Shown: piece after piece, positions 28,127 through 37,547 of the stretch
Layout: every line of letters begins with the position of its first letter
How positions within the stretch are numbered: the first letter of the stretch is position 1
From: Gemmatimonadales bacterium
GTDB lineage: Bacteria > Gemmatimonadota > Gemmatimonadetes > Gemmatimonadales > GWC2-71-9
Assembly: GCA_965249575.1 (NCBI GenBank)
Contig: OZ252244.1
Location: forward strand, 2,720,001 to 2,784,000
DNA: 64,000 nucleotides
Reading direction: 5' to 3'
The notes under the pieces: model-generated
Databases searched by the model: none
What the model saw: the letters and a program-made list of their open reading frames with translations, nothing else
What the model was told of the DNA's origin: nothing
Program-made: the position numbers and the translations under genes

Positions 28127-29769
28127 ATGCGTCGCGTCACCTTCACCCTCGTGGCCGCGTCAGTAGTCGTCACAGCGGCGTGCAACAGCAAGAATGGTCA
28201 TGGCGACGGGCACGCCTCGTCGAGGGGGCATGAAGTCCCGCTGTATGACAATCTGGGCAGTCATCATCACGAAATCACGACCATGGTGCCGCTCGCCCAA
28301 CGATATTTCGACCAGGGCTTGAGGCTTCTCTATGCGTTCAACCACGCCGAGGCGGCCGAGGCGTTTGGAGAGGCAGAGCGGCTCGATCCCGACTGTGCCA
28401 TGTGTGCCTGGGGCGCCGCCCTCGCCTATGGCCCCAACATCAACGCGCCAATGGAGCCGGAGGCGGGAAAAGCTGCGTATGCGGCCGTGCGCCGGGCAAT
28501 GGCCAACGTTTCGAAGGTCAGCACTCGGGAACAAGCATTCGTTCGCGCGCTCGCGGAGCGCTACACCGCCGACCCAGCGGAGAACCGAGCGGGACTGGAC
28601 TCGGCCTACGCCCGGGCGATGGAGGCTGTGGCAGACGGCTACCTAGATGACCTCGACGCGCAAGTTCTGCACGCGGATGCGGTCATGAACTTGAGTCCGT
28701 GGAACCACTGGACCGCCGCCGGCAAGGCCCGGCTGGGAACGGAACAGCTCCTGTCACGCCTCGAGTACGCTCTCGACCGGGACTGGGATCATCCCGGGGC
28801 CTGCCACCTATATATCCACGCGCTGGAGGCGCACGAGCCCGAGCGCGCCTTTGCCTGCGCCGAGCGTTTACCGAGCCTGATGCCCGGCGCCGGCCACGTG
28901 GTCCACATGCCCGCGCACATCTACGTTCGCGTGGGGCGTTACGCGGATGCCATCGAGACCAACGAGCACGCCGTCCACGCCGACGAGTCGTATCTGGAGG
29001 GGGGCGCGCCGTGAGTCGCGAGGGTATCTATCCGCAGGGCTACTACCCCCACAACTACCATTTCATGAGTTTTGCGGCTTCGATGGCTGGTAACCGCAAG
29101 AAGGCGATCGCGGCAGCCCGCAAAGTCGCGGAGAAAGTCGGGCTCGACGTGGCGCGACGGATCCCGTGGCTCGAAGCGGTCACGCCGGTCGTTTACTGGA
29201 CCCTGGTGACGTTCGGTGCGTGGGATGTGCTCGTGGCCGAGCCGCTTCCGCCACCGGACCTGCGATTCACGTCGGGGATGGCCTATTATGCTCGCGGGGT
29301 CGCGTTTGCCGCCCAGGAGCAGTGGAATGCCGCGGCGCAATCCTTGGACAGCGTCACAGCCATCGCGCACAACTTCCCTGATGGCGACAATCGCATTGCG
29401 CTCGCGATCGCTCGAGAGGCTCTCGCTGGAGAGCTCGCGGCGCGGCGTGGGGACCTGACCGCGGCGATTGCGCACTTCCAGACGGCGGTAGAGTTTGAGG
29501 ACGGCCTCTCCTATAACGAGCCGCCTACCTGGTACTATCCAATGCGACAGTCCTTAGGAAAGGCGCTCCTGGCCGCGAATCGCTCGCGCGAGGCCGAGCG
29601 GGTGTACCGCGAGGATCTTTCCAGGTTCCCCGAGAATGGCTGGTCGCTCTTTGGCCTGTCACAGTCTCTGGCACAACAGGGCCGCTCAGCCGAAGCCCGT
29701 AAAGTCCGGCAACGCTACGAAACGGCGTGGCGAATGGCTGACGTGCGGCTCGAGGCGTCCAGGATGTAA
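28127..29769 (+). CDS. TPR-like lipoprotein, frameshifted in the G-run near 29000
   Basis: Lipobox TAAC, AQRYFDQGL..YAFNHAEA, HPGACHLYIH, GHVVHMPAH; continues in another frame with YYPHNYHF, YNEPPTWYYP, PENGWSL. Confidence 0.85.
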
Positions 29770-30099
29770 GCGAGCGGGCGCTTCCCCAGCGTCCTGCTGG
29801 TGGCGACCCGCTGCGTGCGCCGGCCCGCCGAGTGGGCGGCCCAACAGACGCTGGTTGCCAGGTCGGCAGGGCAGATCGTCGTGTGAGTACCACAAAAGTT
29901 GGGTAGCTACTACGTGCCCACGAAAGTGGATTTATCTAATACATTGTAAAATAGAGACTTAAGGACGTTGCTTCCCGTGCATGTACCTTGCTGCCCACCT
30001 CTGGGACGCCCGGTGTTGGGGTAGACGGCAGGTCAGTTAGGCGTCGAGGCCGATCCCCATGGCTTGAGCTTGGCGTAACACGTTCAGGTATAACGACCT

Positions 30100-30600
30100 A
30101 TGGTGTCGCCAATACTCGTTCGACCTGGTGGGAAAGAGCGGAAGGGCCCGTTGCTCAGATACGAGCGGCCAGTGTCCCTGGCGCTGTATGCGGTGGCGGC
30201 GCTGTTCGTGGGCGGCACGCTTCTCGACTTGGGCGTCCTGTGGATTGCGCAGCGCCAAACAGGTGCGCAATGGGAGTTCGTGGCGATCTCCTCCACGGTC
30301 GAGGCCATTCCCCGACTGGCCCTCGGTGTCGGCATGGCGTACGTCGCGCTGTACGTGAGCCAGTCGGCCTCGACATTGGCGTACCGCGGCTTGGCGCTCG
30401 CTCTGGTTCTCGTTGGCGTGTTCGGTGCGGCGCTGGGAGCGCTGATGTTGACGGTGTACTTTCCGATTGCCCGGATTGTGCAGCCGGAATCGGTTCAGTT
30501 GTTTCGGAGCACGGTGATCAAGGCGGTGGGGCTCAGCGCGCTGTACACCATCGCGCTCGTGCCCATTGGCATACATGGCTTGCGCGGACCCAAGAGCTGA
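30100..30600 (+). CDS. Hypothetical 4-TM membrane protein
   Basis: Four hydrophobic segments; sits upstream of a PEP-CTERM gene. Confidence 0.65.
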   Translation: MVSPILVRPGGKERKGPLLRYERPVSLALYAVAALFVGGTLLDLGVLWIAQRQTGAQWEFVAISSTVEAIPRLALGVGMAYVALYVSQSASTLAYRGLALALVLVGVFGAALGALMLTVYFPIARIVQPESVQLFRSTVIKAVGLSALYTIALVPIGIHGLRGPKS

Positions 30601-30707
30601 TGGTCAGGATCGGCGGGCAGGCTTGCGGGTGGCGCAGGGTGCGCGTGGCGGAGTCTAGGCTCCCGTCACGAGCTCATTCAGGCCACTACTCACCAAGGAG
30701 GTGCGCC

Positions 30708-31245
30708 CTGAAAACTGGAAGAGCCTTATTGACGGCGGGGGCCGCAGCCGTTGTGCTGACGGTGTCCCTGCCCAGTGCCGGGCATGCTTGGCAGTTGTAC
30801 TCAGATCACCTTCGTGCTGGATGTGGCCGGTCAGAACCACATTGACATGGTTCACATTTTCAGCGGTGATACCAAATGGCAGTTTGTAGACATCGTTGGT
30901 ATCACGGATGCTAATGGTCAGGCAGTGACGAACTGGACCCATAGCATCTACAATGGGGACGTTGAGCTGGTCTTTAGCACCACCGGGCCGTACGTGGCCG
31001 AGCCAATGCACATCACGGTCGCTATGTCAAACAACGCTGCGAACAACACGAACTCGGACCTGTACGATGGTAGTCTCGGGTACGACGGGGAAGGGACGGA
31101 TGCCAACCCCCCCGTGCCCCCGAGTAACGTGCGTTTCAACGGCACTGTCACGCCCGAACCGGTAAGTGTAGTCCTGCTTGGCACTGGTCTCGTCGGTGTC
31201 GGAGCGGCTTATCGGCGGCGACGCCTGCGCCCGGACGAGCCTTAA
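30708..31245 (+). CDS. PEP-CTERM sorting-domain protein (N-terminus frameshifted)
   Basis: C-terminal VTPEPVSVVLLGTGLVGVGAAYRRRR; signal-peptide-like LKTGRALLTAGAAAVV... after AGGAGG lies in another frame. Confidence 0.8.
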
Positions 31246-31365
31246 GCGTTCGCGGAACAGTATCGGGGGCGGAGGGTTCCACCTGCCCGCCGGGCGGGCC
31301 CTCCGTTCCGCGTTGACTCCCCCCCCTGTAGCGCGCCCCATCGCCCGACACCGGATGTTGCCTGG

Positions 31366-32368
31366 TCATTTGGGGTCTTTCCACACCTGACGGCACACCC
31401 GTAGCCAGTTGTCGCCGAGCACACCGCGCACGTCCTCTTCACTGTATCCACGTTTGAGCATCAGGTCCGTCAACTCGGGAAGTTGCTCGACTTCGAAACA
31501 GGCCATCGGCTCCCACATACCCTGCTCTTTGCCGGGCCACTCATCCGGCCGTTCGTCGATGTATCGCTTCAAGAACTCGAGACCGGGTTTGTCGACGGAA
31601 TCCAATCCGATACCGACATGGCGGGGACCCACGAGCTCCACGACGTGATGAAGGTGGCGAAAGTAGGTCTCCGTGTCGGTGTCGCCTAGATAGAACCCGG
31701 CGCTGGTGATCCCAATGACCCCGCCGTTGGCGGCGCACGCCTTGATCTGGTCGTCCCGCACGTTGCGAAAGTGCTCCCGCACCGCGTGGCAGCCGAGGTG
31801 AGAGAAGATGACCGGCGCCTCGGAGACCTCCATCATTTCCATCGTCGTCTCGTAGCCTGCATGCGCCCCGTCGACGAGCATTCCCACCCTGTTCATCTCG
31901 TGGACGACTTTGATCCCGAATCGCGTCAAACCGATGTCGATTCGATCTGCCGAGCCTCCGCCAATGGAGTTGACGAGGTTGAAGATCGGGTGAACGAACC
32001 TCACGCCCAGCTTGTAGTAGGTCTCGATCATGTCGAGATCGCGCTCCAGGCACCGGAACCCTTCCAGGTGCAAGCCGACCGCAAGCTTCCCATCATTTTT
32101 CGCCGTGAGGATATCGTCGACCGTGTTGACGAGCACGTACCGGTCCGGAGCGCTCAGCACGTGGTGGTGGCAGCGGGCAATCCTCCGCATCGTCGCCGAC
32201 GTTGTGCCGATCACCGGCGGGATGCACGGATAGGAAGTTGACTCCGGCCGCCTGCCATCTGGGGAAGAGCCGATAATCGTTCTCTAGATTGGGCTCATAG
32301 ACGAAGACCATGTCCCAGACCAGCGCGTCTTCGTGGAGGGCGGCGGCCCGCCAAGAGACGTTGCTCAT
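31366..32368 (-). CDS. Membrane dipeptidase (M19) family, frameshifted near 32190
   Basis: LVWD, LHLEG, GLTRFG..EMNRVGMLVD..H, VIFSH, RNVRDDQI, HVGIGLD, LGDNWLRV. Confidence 0.88.
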
Positions 32369-32370
32369 CG

Positions 32371-33132
32371 TTACTGCTCCCACTCGACGTTCCCGTCCAC
32401 CGCGATCACTTGCCCCGTCACGTGGCACGCCTGGTCGGAGGCCAGGAACACGGCCATGTTGGCGATGTCTTGGGGCTCCACCTTGCTGCGCATAGAGATG
32501 AACCTGAGGAAGTCCGCTTCCACGTCGTCAACGGAGCGCCCTTCCTGGTCGGCGATGCGCTGGACGATCGTCTGCATGCGGGGGTTGTTGACCATGCCCG
32601 GCTGGATCGTGTTGGCGCGAACGTTATATGGGCCCAGCTCGCGGGCGATTGTCTTGGTGAGTCCCTCGACACCCCATTTCGAAACGTTGTAGACGGATCG
32701 GTTGATGGGCAGCGTGCGGACGCTTCCGGTGGAGATGTTGACGATCGACCCATCCCGTCTGGCCTTCATGCCGGGGGCGACCTGCTTGATCCAGTTGAAC
32801 GGCCCGTACAGGTTGACCCGGAGCGTGCGTTCCCACTCGTCGTCCGGCATTTCTTCCACCGGCGCCCGGGGCCCCGGGATGGCGGCATCGTTTACCAGGA
32901 CGTCCACCTGCCCCATGGAGTCGACGGCTTCCAGCATGCCTCGTGCGACGGAGGCAGGAACTGCGACGTCGCCGGCCGTCCCTCCGAACTCGGGATGCGC
33001 GCGGAGAGTGTCGGCCATCGCGTCTGCGTTGATGTCGAAGATGTGCACGCGATAGCCGCTGGCTGCGAATCGCTGCGCGATTGCGAGGCCGATGCCACTG
33101 GCCCCACCCGTGACGACGACGTTCCGTGGCAT
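32371..33132 (-). CDS. SDR-family oxidoreductase
   Basis: TGGASGIG, VDVLVNDA, YNVSK, VDG. Confidence 0.93.
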   Translation of the reverse strand: MPRNVVVTGGASGIGLAIAQRFAASGYRVHIFDINADAMADTLRAHPEFGGTAGDVAVPASVARGMLEAVDSMGQVDVLVNDAAIPGPRAPVEEMPDDEWERTLRVNLYGPFNWIKQVAPGMKARRDGSIVNISTGSVRTLPINRSVYNVSKWGVEGLTKTIARELGPYNVRANTIQPGMVNNPRMQTIVQRIADQEGRSVDDVEADFLRFISMRSKVEPQDIANMAVFLASDQACHVTGQVIAVDGNVEWEQ

Positions 33133-33235
33133 TCCTACCTCGGTGGGCTCGCCGGCGATCGGGCCGGCGCTGGTTTGGGTGCGGGGATCTCCCCGAGCAG
33201 GAGTCGCGCTCGGTCGCCTTCAGGGATCGCGGATC

Positions 33236-33454
33236 TCATGCTTCCCAGACGTCGAATAGAAGCCACAACACTCCCGCAAGCGAAGCAACCAAGGCCCACA
33301 AACTCCATCCAACGCGACTAGCAGCCCCCCGCGCCTCCCCAATCTCTTCACCTAGCCAATCGGCCGCGTCTTGGGTCGTGAGTTCAGTACCGGAAGGAGC
33401 CGGTTCTTCATGCATGTGTTCAGGTCCTCCAGGCTGGAATGCAACCCTATTCAA
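33236..33454 (-). CDS. Small hypothetical protein with C-terminal TM
   Basis: Overlaps the stop of the upstream ORF; hydrophobic C-terminus. Confidence 0.4.
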   Translation of the reverse strand: MNRVAFQPGGPEHMHEEPAPSGTELTTQDAADWLGEEIGEARGAASRVGWSLWALVASLAGVLWLLFDVWEA

Positions 33455-33990
33455 CTAGGGCCTCTAACCAGTCGGAAAGCTGAGTCCGGCGTGCCGGCTC
33501 CTCCATCCATCCCAGGTCCAGTCGGTCAGTTCCTCTAAACCAGGGCCCCAAGATCTCTTCCCAATTGGCGGCCAGCGAGGGCACCACTTCGTTCAACATC
33601 TCATCATATCGCCTTCCATCAGCCTGCCCCGGATCAGGAAGTTGCTCGCGTGGGGCGTTGGGGAAGTAGACCTGGCTCCAGAATTCGGGGTCGATAAGTC
33701 GAATGATCGTGGCTAGCCGATCTGCTACACCATCGGCTCTCGCTCCAGCGCTCGACGGCAACGATCCCTAAACCACACAGCGGCCAACACGGCCCGGTGA
33801 GCAGGTCGGATGGAGATATCCATCCAGGCCGGATTGCCCTCCAGCCACCGGACAGGGACCCGGAGCGTCGCAGAGAGTGCTCCCCGTAGGGAGCGGCGAC
33901 ATCGCTTTCCCTTCTGCACAAGATGGTGCAATCCTTGCTTTTCGGCGTTCACACCCCTTTTCCGTACTGCTGCCGCGATCTCTTCGAGAG
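33447..33990 (-). pseudogene. HTH-type regulator remnant (split, 5'-truncated)
   Basis: SLEEIAAAV..KQGLHHL..ALSATLRVPVRWLEG is Xre/Cro-like; continues in a second frame. Confidence 0.45.
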
Positions 33991-33994
33991 ATCG

Positions 33995-34471
33995 ACGCCT
34001 GGAGGACCTGGACGTCCACCGTCCGAGCTGCGCGCTAGGCTCCGAGGCAGCTTCGAGGAGCGGGCTCACGTACTGGAGGATATCGCCTCTGACCCGGATG
34101 CCTCGCCGTCCGAGCGGATTAAAGCGCTGGAACTCATGCTTCGGTACGGTCTGGGCACGCAGACTGAGCACGAGGTTCGGACTCCAGGTGTCTCATACAC
34201 CTCTCCCGAGGAATTGGAGAAGAAGCTCCGGGAAGCGCTTCGGGACCCGGGAGTAAGGAAATGGCTGGATACAGAGGAACCCGAGGTCAAGGCGTCTTTG
34301 CGGGCCACGATGCGCGAGGGCGTTGAGGATGATGAGATCCAGGATGCTGACTTCGAAGTCATATCAGAGGGTGAGTCTGTCCTCCCCGGAGGGGGCTGGA
34401 CCAATGACCCACGACGCGAAGAGGACGCCCCCTCCAGCCCAACTGACATTCCCTGCTCAGCTAGCCGATAG
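33995..34471 (+). CDS. Terminase-small-subunit-like protein, 5'-truncated
   Basis: PGGPGRPPSELRARLR...ERIKALELMLRYGLG and an acidic IQDADFEV tail, as seen in TerS-like proteins. Confidence 0.45.
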   Translation, partial: TPGGPGRPPSELRARLRGSFEERAHVLEDIASDPDASPSERIKALELMLRYGLGTQTEHEVRTPGVSYTSPEELEKKLREALRDPGVRKWLDTEEPEVKASLRATMREGVEDDEIQDADFEVISEGESVLPGGGWTNDPRREEDAPSSPTDIPCSASR

Positions 34472-34796
34472 TTGGCGGGACGATGCAAGAATCCTCCGCA
34501 GCCGGGGCGCCCCAGGTCATGCGGACGTGCTGGAGAGTTGTGCGCAGGAGTTGCAGGCGAGACAAGAGGAACACTTCCTGGAGGCACTTCCCCTGAGCCA
34601 GGCAGCGAAGGAGGTGGGGTACTCCTACTCTGCCCTGCAGAAGGTGGTGGCTGAGGGAAAGAACCCTAACGTCGGCAAGAGGAACGCTCCGCGCATCCGA
34701 CGGGGCGATCTGCCTCAAAAGGCTGGGCGGCTATCTGGGGGACCAGTGGACAACCAGTCTGACCTGGCAGAAAGATTTATGAGGCGGGACGGATAG
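34404..34796 (+). CDS. Excisionase-like HTH protein
   Basis: LPLSQAAKEVGYSYSALQKVVAEGK..PRIRRGDLP; upstream of the integrase. Confidence 0.65.
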   Translation: MTHDAKRTPPPAQLTFPAQLADSWRDDARILRSRGAPGHADVLESCAQELQARQEEHFLEALPLSQAAKEVGYSYSALQKVVAEGKNPNVGKRNAPRIRRGDLPQKAGRLSGGPVDNQSDLAERFMRRDG

Positions 34797-34837
34797 GCGC
34801 ATTTGCATCTTAACGGGTATGTGCGGATATTCTGCAC

Positions 34838-35086
34838 ATGCCCAGGATGCTCGAAGCAGGCTTCTTGAGGGTCCTCGAAACGGTTACAACGCTCCCCAGC
34901 GACGTTGCTGCCGGAATTGGCAAGGCATATCGCACACTGCAGGCCTATCGAGAAGGGAGCCGCCCGGTGACTCTCGATTCGGCCAAGGCATTGTCGCGGT
35001 ATGCACGTCAGCAAGCAAAACGGATTCTCAAGGCAGCAGACGCGCTGGATCGAACCATCACAAGAGAGGAGGATCGAAATGACTAA
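34838..35086 (+). CDS. Small HTH protein
   Basis: SDVAAGIGKAYRTLQAYREGSRPV; overlaps the integrase start. Confidence 0.6.
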   Translation: MPRMLEAGFLRVLETVTTLPSDVAAGIGKAYRTLQAYREGSRPVTLDSAKALSRYARQQAKRILKAADALDRTITREEDRND

Positions 35087-36332
35087 GAAGCGAAAACGAA
35101 GAAGGAAGCTCTGGTGCTATGCGGTGGGCGACCGAGGCTACACAGTCACGGTGTATGAGCGGTCACCAGGTGGCCTGCTGTACGCGCGAGCCTGGGATCG
35201 CAGCGTTGCTGGTGGTAAGGGTGGCTGGAGGCGTATGAGCTTAGGGCATCGAGACAGGGAATCCGCGACGCGCTACGCCCTGCGTCAGGCCGCCAAACTT
35301 CGGGAAGGAACAGCCGAAGTCACAAATTCCAAGCCGAAGCTTTCACGCCTCATTGGCCTGTACGTTGAACACCGGACTCCTCGAAAGCGTTCAGGGGAAC
35401 AGCAGGCTGATCGTCGGCGGGCGGAGCTTTGGACCCGCTGGCTCGGCGCCGAGAAAGATCCACACAAGGTCTCTCTCAACGAGTGGGAGTCATTTGCCGA
35501 TGCGCGACGGGCCGGCAGGATTGATGCAAGGGGCCGGCACGTGGGTGAGGGACGACAGAAGCCGGTGCGGGATAGGACGGTTGAAGCCGACCTCGTTTGG
35601 CTCAAGCTCGTGCTCAATTGGGGCACCAAGTGGCGTGATCGGAATGGCCACTATGTCCTTCGCGAGAATCCCGTGCGTGGTTACGAAATCCCCACGGAAA
35701 GGAATGTCCGGCGTCCGGTTGCCACAAAGGACCGATATGAGGCCATTCGTGCAGTCTCCGACCAAGTGGCTATGGAGGTTCGTTGGGATGGCCACCGGCG
35801 AGTTCGACAAAGCTACCTGCGTGAGCTGCTGGATATTGTGAATGGAACGGGCCGTCGGATCTCGGCCGTTTGCTCGCTGCAATACGACGACTTGCTGCTG
35901 AATGCAGGGCCACACGGAGCGATTCGGTGGCGGGCCGACGCCGACAAGACCGGGCGTGAGACAACTGTGCCCATCTCTCAGCTGGTGCGTACCGCTCTCG
36001 ATCGGATTCTGAGAGACCGCCCCGGGGTTGGTGCAGCGTTTCTTTTTCCGTCACCGGGCGATCCAACGCGCCCGATACGGCGTGAATTAGCGTCCGCATG
36101 GCTACGCCGTGCCGAGCAGCTCGCTGGTGTGCCCAAGCTGGCTGGCGGGCAGTGGCACCTGTATCGCCGCAAGTGGGCAACAGAGCGGAAGCACTGGCCT
36201 GATATCGACGTCGCTGCAGCCGGTGGCTGGACGGAGTTGGCGAGCCTCAAGAAGGCCTATCAGCAGGCCGACGAGGCGACTATGTTGAAAGTTGTGCTTG
36301 AAGCTGGACAGCTGAGGGAGCAGCAAGCATGA
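35079..36332 (+). CDS. Tyrosine recombinase/integrase
   Basis: TGRRISAV (R), DKTGR (K), WHLYRRK (HxxR), AGGW, LKKAYQ (Y); AGGAGG RBS. Confidence 0.9.
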   Translation: MTKKRKRRRKLWCYAVGDRGYTVTVYERSPGGLLYARAWDRSVAGGKGGWRRMSLGHRDRESATRYALRQAAKLREGTAEVTNSKPKLSRLIGLYVEHRTPRKRSGEQQADRRRAELWTRWLGAEKDPHKVSLNEWESFADARRAGRIDARGRHVGEGRQKPVRDRTVEADLVWLKLVLNWGTKWRDRNGHYVLRENPVRGYEIPTERNVRRPVATKDRYEAIRAVSDQVAMEVRWDGHRRVRQSYLRELLDIVNGTGRRISAVCSLQYDDLLLNAGPHGAIRWRADADKTGRETTVPISQLVRTALDRILRDRPGVGAAFLFPSPGDPTRPIRRELASAWLRRAEQLAGVPKLAGGQWHLYRRKWATERKHWPDIDVAAAGGWTELASLKKAYQQADEATMLKVVLEAGQLREQQA

Positions 36333-36428
36333 AGGGGCCGAACGTGCACACTTCCGTGCACACTCCGGGTTTGTACCTGGAGCCGGTCCGTAGGCAAGTT
36401 GTTTTTGCCAAGAGGTTTAGCTACGCAT

Positions 36429-36502
36429 CGGGACGTAGCGCAGTCCGGTAGCGCACCTGAATGGGGTTCAGGGGGTCGCGGGTTCAAATCCCGCCGTCCC
36501 GA
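36429..36502 (+). tRNA. tRNA-Pro(GGG), CCA not encoded
   Basis: CGGGACG/CGTCCCG acceptor stem, GCGC D-stem, CCTGA-ATGGGGT-TCAGG anticodon arm, GCGGG-TTCAAAT-CCCGC T-arm. Confidence 0.97.
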
Positions 36503-36588
36503 TTGCTGAAAATCGTTACTCAGGAGCATCTTAGAAGATCGCCCGCCGCCCACGGCTCGATCGCGTGTCCCTGTTTGCGTACCCATGT

Positions 36589-37359
36589 TCAACGCGACCT
36601 GCGTATAACGACTTGCTTGAGATCCGCGGCAAGGTGAAACAAATGGGGAAACAACGTCGACTCCCGAATGCCGGCTCGACGGAGTTCCTGGGCCACCTGC
36701 CGCTTAGCATCCATTGGCATGACAAGCTTGATGAGGAATCGGTCGGCTTCCCGATGTTCGTTAAGCGGAGCCGGGGTGCCGTGGATGGTGAACGCCGATA
36801 GCTGCATCATCATTTTGGGATCGATTTCCTCCGTTACCAGAGCGAACACTTCTTTGTTGGGGGGGGAATGGAGCTTGACGCCAAACGCCGTTTCGATGAG
36901 GTCAATAGCGAAAAGATGCTGCGGCTGCAGAAGTTCCTCCGTTGCTCCCGATCCTAGCTTCGCCCCGTTGATCGCATTCATGAGAAATGGATCGATTGCC
37001 CCAATCGCCCCATCTTGAGCTGCCGTTGTAGAACCCGTCGCAGCGAAGTACGCAGAGACGAGGATCGACTCACTCCAATCCAACAAGCGAGTCGGTAGAC
37101 CGTGATGCTGCATCAGGAAGAGCCAGCGGGCGTACTCAGAACCAACTGGACAGTCAGGATATCTGCTAGGAGCGCGCTGCTGGAAGCGTCGAGTGATGTG
37201 CGTTTCGTAATCAGCACCCCGGTCCCTGATCCTGTGCACCTGAGGGACAAGATCCCACGCTTCGTTTCCTTGCCCGCGCCACCAAGGCTGATTCGCAAAA
37301 CGGGCGTGGACTTCACCCGAAGCCTTTACAATACTGGCAACGTCGACGAGTTCGATCAC
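36589..37359 (-). CDS. FRG-domain protein
   Basis: WWRGQ..WDLVP, LMQHHGLPTRLLDWSES..AYFA, Q.SAFTIH, GI.ESTLFP. Confidence 0.9.
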   Translation of the reverse strand: MIELVDVASIVKASGEVHARFANQPWWRGQGNEAWDLVPQVHRIRDRGADYETHITRRFQQRAPSRYPDCPVGSEYARWLFLMQHHGLPTRLLDWSESILVSAYFAATGSTTAAQDGAIGAIDPFLMNAINGAKLGSGATEELLQPQHLFAIDLIETAFGVKLHSPPNKEVFALVTEEIDPKMMMQLSAFTIHGTPAPLNEHREADRFLIKLVMPMDAKRQVAQELRRAGIRESTLFPHLFHLAADLKQVVIRRSR

Positions 37360-37547
37360 ACGACTTCTCCGTCCGCATCGTAGAGCGTGAGCAGTGGGTC
37401 GCCGTCCGGTTTCGCCTGGAGCGTGGCGCGGATGTGGCGGTGCTCATCGCTACGAAACACTCGACCAGTTCCTAAGGTCCGGCACCACGGACCGGTCCCT
37501 GAAGGGCGCGGCCTTTCTCGCTGCTGAACCCGCGGTATCATTGGGCG

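Larger units (their letters stand above)
33236..36428. mobile_element. Tyrosine-integrase element (phage-satellite/prophage-like) abutting tRNA-Pro; left end not found
   Basis: HTH genes, TerS-like fragment, excisionase-like gene, integrase, arm-like repeats, tRNA. Confidence 0.7.

Noticed and set aside
28999..29004. Phase variation or programmed frameshift at the G6 run
   Set aside because: Run is short, and similar indels occur across the window without slippery sites
29839..30042. Second attC (GCCCAAC...GTTAGGC)
   Set aside because: About 204 bp, central part not palindromic, upstream stop 70 nt away; at most a degenerate relic
35079..36332. Integron integrase serving the attC at 55.4 kb
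   Set aside because: No IntI-type motifs recognised; excisionase/tRNA context; 19 kb from the attC
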